DNA of 32,000 nt from Zygophlyctis sp. KS116 (lineage: Eukaryota; Fungi; Chytridiomycota), in assembly GCA_054661495.1 (NCBI GenBank), contig BAAFSQ010000009.1, forward strand, positions 30,001 through 62,000. The letters are read 5' to 3'. The translations under genes were made by a program, and so were the position numbers. This document shows, piece after piece, positions 13,001 through 22,128 of this stretch (position 1 is its first letter; each line of letters opens with the position of its first letter). Below the pieces are notes generated by a model, which saw nothing but the letters and a program-made list of their open reading frames with translations, was not told the origin of the DNA and searched no databases.

Positions 13001-14530
13001 TCAAGTTTTATTTCTAGTTGATTTTGATCCTTTAAGAGGTTCTTTCTTTTTATTCATTTCGGGTTTGTCTTCCTCTGAATTAACGCTTTCATGCGATGCA
13101 CTCGGTACATCTTGATACTGTAAATACTCAGAAATCATGTCCGACATATTGCTTTCAGATTCTGTAAACTCTGCTTCATCCATTCCTTCTCCAGTATACC
13201 AATGTAAAAATGCCTTTCTACGATACATTGCAGTAAATTGATCCATTATTCTTCTAAAAATCTCTTGTATACATGTGGAGTTTCCAATAAATGTTGCAGA
13301 CATTTTTAATCCCGTGGGGGCAATATCGCAAACTAAACTTTAGCAAGTAGATCTTCTTACTGGCAGTCTTGAAATTAGACGGAATCCACTCAACAAAATT
13401 AGATCCATTTTTAGTTTGCAGATCCGAAACATACTGGTCAACTTCTTTTGTCGATATTTTCCCTCTAAACATTGCAGCAACTGTAAGATAACGTCCATGT
13501 CTAGGATCAGCTGCTAGCATCATATTCCTTGAGTCAAACATCTGCCGGGCTAGTTCTTTAACAGATTGAGTTCCAAAATTTAACGATCCTCTAGATACTA
13601 GTGGTGCAAAACCAACCATAAAAAAGTGAAGTCTAGGAAATGGGATCATATTAACCGCTATTTTACGCAAATCAGCATTAAGTTGTCCCGGAAAGCGAAG
13701 ACCCGTTGTTACACCACTCATAACAAATGAGACCAAATGATTCAGATCTCCATAGCTTGGACTTTTGAGTTTTAGAGTTCGCAAGCAAATATCGTATAAC
13801 GCCTCATTATCAATGCAAAATGTTTCATCAGAGTTCTCAATCAACTGATTTAGAGCCAATATTGCATTATATGGCTCTACAACAGTATCTGAAACCTTTG
13901 GAGAAGGGATTACTGAAAAAGTACAGAGCATTCTATCCGGATACTCCTCTTTAATCTTGGCCAAAACTAATGATCCCAATCCTGATCCAGTACCACTTCT
14001 TTTAAGATGAAAGATATCATACCCACCCAATGAATGAACAAGCTGGAATCCTTGAAGTGACTCACACGCTTCAGCTTCTCTTCGCACTACATTGAGAACT
14101 TGCTCGATGATTTCTGCTCCTTCGGTGTAATATCCTTTTGCCCAATTATTCCCTTAAAGTAAAACTTATTCAATAAATACCAGCTCCTGATTGTGCATTG
14201 ATAAAGTTATCAGGTCTAAATAATGCTCTAAAAGTTTAGAGCCTTAAAATGCATACCCATCTTTGCCCGCTCGGACAGAATCTAGGGTACCTGGTTCTAA
14301 ATCAACTAATATGGATCTAATTATTGAATAAAATGCATTATATACCTGGGCACATATCTATTCCCTTGAGCTTCAGCAAAATAAACAGAAGCTCTCTCAA
14401 GTTGAATCGCTCGATCGCCTATGTAGTCGCCCTGGCTATCGATTCCATGTTCTTCTCTAATTGTCTCCCAAAATTTAGATCCTATTTGATTGCCGCATTG
14501 CCCAGTTTGTATGTGTACTATTTCTCTCAT
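13001..14530 (-). CDS. TUBB: Divergent beta-tubulin, 462 aa
   Basis: Introns 14317-14345, 14228-14256, 14153-14180, 13996-14022, 13333-13360. Motifs [62 protein letters not shown]. Confidence 0.97.
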
Positions 14531-14568
14531 GATGTCAACTAAAATATTTATATTGGCAAACAAACAGA

Positions 14569-16424
14569 CTAACTCAAAACGTGACAGTTTGTTTCCCAAT
14601 CTGCTGGTAATGCATAAGCCGCAACCAGAGAGGGGTAATCGGTATCAAATATAGAGCAGCTTCCTATTCTCCCAGCATTGATTCTAGGAATTATTATTAT
14701 TTTTCGCTGTACCTTTTTCGGAGCCACATAAAGCATCTGAATATGTTTAAAATTGAAGAATTTGGCTTATTTTGCCGTAAAAAGTTATTGTAAGAAAAAA
14801 AGTCCTTGCATGCTAATACACGATCTTTACAAAAGCTACAGACTTGAATTTCTTCGGGCTTTACACCAAAGGAAAACTTGATAGTCACATCTCTTACCAC
14901 CGTACATAAAGCACATTTGTGTCTTGAATTTTGTTTTTCAAGATTTCTTTCATTGTATGGCGAGGCTTGTTGATCTTTAGCCATTTCACATGTACATTTA
15001 ATGATACTCTCCAGAAACTTTTTTCTTAGAGAAGAAGCAGGTCCTCCAGAGCCAATGCTTTTTAAGCTTCCAGAAAAGGAATAATTATAAAAGAGGCATG
15101 GTTCTACATCTTCATATATGACTCTTTTCATGAATTGCGTGGATGCATTGATCTCGGAGGACATTAGAGTACAACTAATATGATCTTGAACTTCTCCATA
15201 GATTATACCATCTATATATAGGTTATTTGTCATTACAGTCGCTGGTAAATTTTCAAAGCTAAAGACCCCTTTTGGAATATCTGCCACTGAAAGATTTGGA
15301 AGAATAACCATAGACGGACTTACATTTAATGAGGACGTTGACTGACTTGCTTTAATTTTTGCAGATTTTAATGCATTGATAATTCTTTTTAGATCTTGAA
15401 TTTCGTCTTCTCTTCCTTGTGCCCTTTTCATCGCCCCGCTTAATTCAGCAGTTAAAGAAATATTTTTGTGTTCCAAATCCTCTCGATTTTTAGCTTCTTC
15501 TATTACCATATTATTCGCTTGGTCAAATAATTGTTCAGTTAAATCTTCCAATTCTTGTTCTAAAATCTCTTTTGAGACTAAAATGCGTTCTTTGGCTTCC
15601 TGTTCTTGTTTTATCTGATTGCTTAAAGTATTGATAAGTGATTGATTTTCATTTATACTTTCATATAGTTTATCAATAGTTAGCATCCTTTGGGTACATT
15701 GGACACAATTTTTCTTTTGTACTTTTGGTTCCACTTGTTTCAAATGTAATACAGCAATATCACCATCTTGATCATCTTCCTCCTCTACTTTGTTCTGAGC
15801 GGAAATAGAATTATATGATCTAGCAGATATTTTTGTCTGATTGCTAATTTCTAGAGTTTCGGACATTCGCCGAGTATGAGACTCAAAGACTTCATTTTGA
15901 TTTTGAGAGACAGTTCTAGCATGATTTCCTTTAATTTTGTCAATACCATTTAGTATTTGATCCCTTTTTTCTGAATCCATGTTTGGATTGAGTGGATTAT
16001 TTTCAATTGATTGGTCTAATTTCTGCTCATTAGATTTGTTGATTGAGTTTCTGGCATTTACCAAGTAATTTAATGCTAGTTTTATACATTCCAGAGCCTT
16101 AATGTCTAAATTTACTCCTGGATTAGTAATATTAATCGAATTGATAGTATTAACAGCATTCGATAATCCGATTTGTTTCTCTGCCAAACTTTGAGGAGAT
16201 TTCCCTTTTTGACCGATTCCATTGAGCCAATCGTTATATTCTAAAACTGGTTTTCCCAGAAATAGAATTGCTTCTTGAACACAGAATTCATATCTTTTGA
16301 GTTTTACTCTTTGAGAGTCTATTATTTCATTTTTCTTTGATATATTAGTTCTTAGACTCTTAATTTCCTCTAATAAATGTTCTTTCTCCCTCAAGGAGTC
16401 ATTTTCTGAGCCTATTGAATCCAT
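14569..16424 (-). CDS. SEC2: Sec2-like Rab (Sec4/Rab8) guanine-nucleotide exchange factor, about 608 aa
   Basis: Sec2 coiled-coil motif [34 protein letters not shown], and C-terminal CxxC...CxxC ([12 protein letters not shown]). Intron 14684-14712. First in-frame ATG is at 16424 (the ORF track starts at a TTG). Confidence 0.85.
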
Positions 16425-16437
16425 ATTTGACCTGTAA

Positions 16438-16458
16438 ATGACGTCTCTCAAACGTCAT
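16438..16458. promoter_or_regulatory. Inverted pair of ATGACGT (CRE/ATF-like) sites in a 50-bp head-to-head spacer
   Basis: ATGACGT (16438-16444), 7 nt, then ACGTCAT (16452-16458), lying between divergent ATGs at 16424 and 16475. Function is inferred. Confidence 0.5.
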
Positions 16459-16474
16459 AAGTATTGTACTTGTC

Positions 16475-19400
16475 ATGGATGAGCCATTTGAGGCAATAAT
16501 GAATTCTATATTAGCATACTCAAACTCAAATACTATAAATATTGAATTTAAAGAGTCTAATCCATTCTCATACTCCACAATAACCGCTCCATTGCCACTA
16601 AATATCAGTAATTTAGTTAATGAAGCGTCTCAGTTATGTCATATTCCTCTGGAATCATGTAATATTAGGAAAAAACTAAAGTTATTCACTCTTACAAAGG
16701 ATATTCACAGTTATGAACAAAGGACTTTATATAACTTGATGCTGTATTACGATACTCTACAAACTCAAGACTCAATATTTGTGTCTCCAGATAAAAGGGA
16801 TGAGTATAAAACTGAACAAATGTTGAATTTAAAAGAAGTCATAAGAATGGAAGAAGGAGAAAAGATTCAGTATTTTCTCAATATTTCGATCATAGAAGCA
16901 AAAGGATTAAAGTCAAAGGCTAAAAAAGGATTGCCAAATAATACCTTTGTTAGGCTTTATTATGATGGAATTGTATATACAAGTTTATTATTTAATAATT
17001 CTCTTGATCCAAGGTATAATCTTGATGTATCTCTGCCTGTAAGAGATATTAACAAGGCCATACATGTCTCTGTTTGGTTAGATAAGGAATCGAATCCTGA
17101 AGAAAATGGTGCATTCTTGGGAAGTTGTATTATCGGACATGATGACAGTTATAGTTGGGTAACACTAGGAAAGAGAAGTGGGCGTTCTCATGTTTCCGGA
17201 AAGATTCTTGTGTCAGTTAAAAATATAAAGCCATTTAAAGATGTATTGGTATCTTACCCAATTCTAAAATTCATTCCAGCAAAGGCTGAAATTCTCTATG
17301 AACAAGTTGCAAGATCAATGTTATCAAAGAATTATGATCAATTACAAAAAGGAATAGAAATAGATCACTCAAGGCTTATTTCTTTACTAGAGAAAACATG
17401 GAGAATATCAAATGATTTAAGAGTTGGAATATTATTTGATGAAGCTATAGAAATGTTTGCTAGAGGAAAACTGTCTGCTGTGTTTTATAAAAATACTATA
17501 CATGATGACGTAATACGACAGTATAAAAGTAATCGATATATCTCTGGAAATGTGAGGAATGTCGCCAATAACCTGATAAGATTTAGAAAAGTATGCGAAG
17601 TTAGAGTCAAGGGATTCTTCAATAGTATTGATGATATAAAAACACCAGATCAACTTAAGGTGCTTCCTGAATTAATGTCTTCGATTGATCTAGTATTGGA
17701 AAAAGAAGTAGAATCTTCTTCTGCATTTGCTGCAAAGATTGAAAGTCTTTTAGAGAAATCGGTTCATTCAAGATATAAGGATTTACTTGATAAAGCTGAC
17801 TTTAAAGAACCAATTACTTTTGACAGATTAATGAAACTATTAGACGTGCTGGTAGATGAACTAAAAGACTTAAAGATAAATTATAATTTTATCCTATTGG
17901 ATACTATCAATGTCTCTTATCTCTGTTGTCATTTGTATCTTCGGCAATTAGTACAAATATTGGAAGATTTCCCAAATATTTTTCAATCAGGCAGAATTAC
18001 AATGGCAGAAGGTTTTGAAATATACACAAAATCATTAAAGTTTGGCGATCTTTGTTTATCTGTGGATGCTGGATTTAAATCATTTTTGGATTTCTCGTAC
18101 TGGTTTACGCCTTTAATTCATGAATGGTTTAAAGCGTCTGAAAATAAAATGGTGGAATGGACTAAAAATGCAATTAATCTGGACAAATTTCAGCAGAATA
18201 CTCCCTTTGAGCCTTCAACATCGCTATCAGATGTGCTTACATTTCTTCAACAGCAAATAGATTTTATTTTCTCCTTGGAATGGAGAGACAAGGCAGCTAA
18301 AACTCTAATGACTGAAAAATTATACCAGAATATAGCTGCTGTATTTATTAAATATGCACAGATATTGTCTGAAATGGTTGTTACTGATTTCAAATCATTT
18401 TCTCCAACTGCGTTTAATGTAATGAAGAAGCCAAATGCCAAAAAGAGAATTAAATTTAAAATCAAACTTAAGAATGGGAAAAAACCATTGCTCAATCCTG
18501 GAGAATTAAGATTAATGCCAGAAGTACGTATTTTTAACTTTAAATTGTAGATGTTGGTTAAAATTGTAAATATAAGCAATCTTTGCCGTGTATTTAAATC
18601 TTTAAAACCAGGAAACTTTGAATTGTTTCAATTTGATATTCCTGATGGTTCAGAAGAAGATTTATTTGGTCAAACTGATCGATGTATGTTTGAGCTAAAT
18701 GTTTTGAATGCTTTGGAGGTTCAAATTTCTCGACCTTATAATACAACGGTGTCTATCAGAATTACCGACAGTAATGGAACATTTATAGGACAGACATCAA
18801 AAAAAATACAGAATATCATCATCAAATGGAATGAAACCTTTTATGGCTTTGTGATAAGTCCTGATAAGAAGATTAGATTATTCTTTGAAGTAATCCAAAC
18901 TGTTCCCGACACTTCAAAAGAATATTTCTTTGCAAGAGGAAAAGTAGAATTAGATTTTGCTAGTAAAGAATCAAATATAGTCAAACTTGGACCTTTTGGA
19001 AAAATAGAGTTTGGAATTTCAGTCATCAGGTCCTTTAACCAAGAATTCAGTGAATGTTTAATATCACAAAATGCTAATTACAATATTGACAAAATGAAAG
19101 ACTTGATTGCAGAACAGATATGTCATGATTTCAAGGAAAAATTCAAGAAATCTATTTTATATAAACAAAGTCCACTTAGGACCATGTTATCAAATGTCAA
19201 TAGTATATTACAGAAAAACGAATCTTTGGAAGAAGCAACTGATGATAATCTATCATTCTTTCTAGAATTCTTTAATACTAATTTTGATGTATTAACAGAT
19301 ATCATGGAAGAAAAACTTGCCTTTAAAGTCATTCAAGCAGTTTGGGATAAAATGATTAAAGATCTAGAATCTTTACTTGTGCCTAATCTACATTCAGACA

Positions 19401-19782
19401 ATGTAGATAAAGCCTTGGATGAAAAACAAGTTTTAGCCATACAGAATAGCTTTAATGTAAGAATTTATTTATAATATTTTAGAATTTTGCAACTTTCTTT
19501 CACGGAGAAGGATCTGGACTACCATCTACTTCTTTAAAAACTCCAAGAGCAATACAACTTAAACTCATAATTGACAACTACAATAAAAGTAAATCAGAAC
19601 TTAATCAGAAATACGTAACTTTAAATCAAGAATCGGATGTATTTAATGAAAAAGAAGGCGTCTTACCTACAGACTGGATTCTTAAATTATTAAAATTAAA
19701 AGGACATTTAGACATGGTAGAAAAAGGACTTAAAGCTCGATCAAATCGATTTATTCTCAAAACCTTATCAGACTCTTGTTAA
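16475..19782 (+). CDS. Unc13/Munc13-like C2 + MUN (MHD1/MHD2) domain protein, about 1084 aa
   Basis: Introns 18524-18550, 19457-19482. N-terminal C2 (ISIIEAKGL...FLG...LGKRSGRSHVSGKI), MHD1-like WFTPLIHEW...WTKNAINLDKF...STSLSDV, second C2-like (WNETF), MHD2-like FFHGEGSGLP. Confidence 0.78.
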
Positions 19783-20483
19783 ATTCTAGACATTGATCCA
19801 GGCCTTGAAAAGAAAGTTCTAATCAAAAACACTTGAGCTGCCGAGATCCCAATCATTAAAGAAGACTCTAAAAACGTAAACCACCGAATTCTAGATTGTG
19901 TCGATTTCACTATAATATTTTTAGAAACTTTAAAAATCATACCAGTAGAAATATTTCTACTTTCACGAGTTTTAATATACATCATCTGTTTATGTAAAGC
20001 ATCCATTTTTGCATTTAATGAAAGCGTTAGACTATCAAGATTAGAGACTGTTTGTTTAAGATCTTGCTTTGCAGCATGATCCGTAGACCCAGCAGGCGGT
20101 TTAACAGCTTCAGATCCGGCTAAACCATTTTGAGTAATTGTATCAGACTCTGCCGTCACATCGATATAAATCATCTTTTCAGCAGAGTCATGATTAATAA
20201 AACAAAATGAATATTCTCCTGGAGATGTTGCAGAAAAAACATAATCTCCAGTTGAATCCTTGTCAGCCTCTAAAACAACTTCATCTTTTGGACTGTGCAC
20301 TTGAGTACTTATTTCATAATTTCCAGAGGCGCCAGCAGATTGCACAGAATAATAGAATGCAAGCTTCTCACCTCGATACTTGGCTTGCGCATACACACAA
20401 ATCTCATTATAACCTGTTATTTTTAAAGAGACACCTTCACAAGACACAAGTGCAAATAGAAATGTAAAAAGAAGAACAAACAT
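19779..20483 (-). CDS. p24 (emp24/gp25L/Erp) GOLD-domain cargo receptor, about 223 aa
   Basis: Signal peptide, GOLD domain (GEYSFCF.N), coiled coil RESRNIST|VKSTQSRI after removing in-frame intron 19910-19942, TM helix, and tail QVFLIRTFF. Confidence 0.92.
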   Translation of the reverse strand: MFVLLFTFLFALVSCEGVSLKITGYNEICVYAQAKYRGEKLAFYYSVQSAGASGNYEISTQVHSPKDEVVLEADKDSTGDYVFSATSPGEYSFCFINHDSAEKMIYIDVTAESDTITQNGLAGSEAVKPPAGSTDHAAKQDLKQTVSNLDSLTLSLNAKMDALHKQMMYIKTRESRNISTGMIFKVSKNIIVKSTQSRIRWFTFLESSLMIGISAAQVFLIRTFFSRPGSMSRI

Positions 20484-20496
20484 TTTTTAACCTTTT

Positions 20497-22030
20497 TTAA
20501 ATTCGCGTCAGAGATTCCAAAGTTTCAAACTTTTCAGCCTTCAAGTCTTCATCAATCAAATCTCCATTCAAATCCACATATTCATTCATTCCATTACCCA
20601 TTTGAACAGGTGATTCAGTCAAGACAGTCTTTCTGAAAGCTAAACGATCCAAATATAACTGTTGTCTTTCACGAGCCAATGACTGTTTTTCCAATTCCAA
20701 AAGTGACTCCAACTCTTCAAAATGAGATAATTTAATCTTCATCTTTTTTAATTCAAGCTCAACTAAAGTACTGGTAAGTTTTGAGAGTTCCTTGTCTTGA
20801 TTTTCTGCTAAAACATGGGCTTTTGCTGCTGCAGATCCTAGAGCAGTACCACCAGCCTTTTCCAAAATATTAGAATTTTCAGTTTTTCCCTTTTCTAATT
20901 GAGATATAGCTGCTTTTGCGGCTTCAGAAGCAACTTTTGGAGGTACTACTGTAGCTAAAAAGGCAGTCAAGGTTAAAATAGGATTATCAGAAGGTGAAAA
21001 AGGTATTCTGTGATATTGAAGAGGTCCTAAATCAGATACAGTTCCATCAACAGATTCATTTCCAGGTTTACGTAAATAAGGATCTTCAATTGGCAACTGT
21101 AAAAATTTGAGAATGCATTCATCTCTAGTCTTGGTTCCTACATGATCTGAAACTTTATTCCAATCTTCTTCATACAATTCAATCCCTTCCAAGAGTAATA
21201 ATGTTTCAGAATCAGACCATCCTTCTCCTTCATTACTTCCATTTCCTGATTCTAACCTTGTAAAATCTCCAGAAAATAATGTTGATGGGAATCTTCCATC
21301 CAAATAACACATGTGACATAAATCAATAGAAGCATATTTTGAACAATGATAACGAGATTTTGTACAATCTACACCACATGTAGTACAATTCCATTTCTTT
21401 ATATTAGAGTCTGGAGCTGATTCTTCAACTTCTTGCTTGACTTTTTTCTCTTCTTCATAGACTGATTTAGAGAGACTTAAATTAGAAGGTAAAGGCTCAA
21501 CATTATTAACTTTACTTTTTGTAGCCATTCCATTAGATTTTATCATTGGAGCACTAGGTGCTAAAGGCTGAATACCTCTAGGAGTATCAACAGAAACTCT
21601 AAAATGTCCTGTAAATGGAGGACCCATACTAGAAGGTCTAGATTCAGCATCAACCTTTTTTTTAAATTTTTTCTAAAATTACCTGATAGTTTATTAGACC
21701 CCATTGTTCCAAAAACGCATGAACTCTAATGATTGCACATACATCTCCTGCTAAATTCCTTCGAGATGCCGTCACAGTAAGATATTCCGATGGGTTTAGT
21801 CTGTAAGTATTCATCATAAAGTCCCGATAGTCCTTGTAGACTTGTGGGGTTTTAGATCGATTCTTGTTATTAAAGAATTCTGGCAGTGCTTTCTCTTCAA
21901 TCTCATGGATTTTATGGAAATTAAACCAGGCAGCGTACGAAGGAATAATGATTTCTGCGGTTTGGGTGGATAGATTGGAGTCTGAGACTGTTACTTGGAA
22001 TCCTGGATCAAAATTAGAGTTCAAATCCAT
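20497..22030 (-). CDS. SWI/SNF-RSC core subunit (Swi3/Rsc8/Ssr2/SMARCC family): SWIRM, ZZ zinc finger, SANT, coiled coil; about 501 aa
   Basis: SWIRM ([10 protein letters not shown]...ALPEFF...[15 protein letters not shown]), ZZ (CTTCGVDC...CHMC), SANT ([14 protein letters not shown]...DW.KV..HVGTKT). Intron 21655-21682. Confidence 0.95.
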
Positions 22031-22128
22031 TTTTTTACAACTTTTGACGCAACCCTCAGACTTGATCTCAACAATATTCCTCTCAATATGTAAATTATTT
22101 TAAATAAAACATCCAAATACATCTTTTT

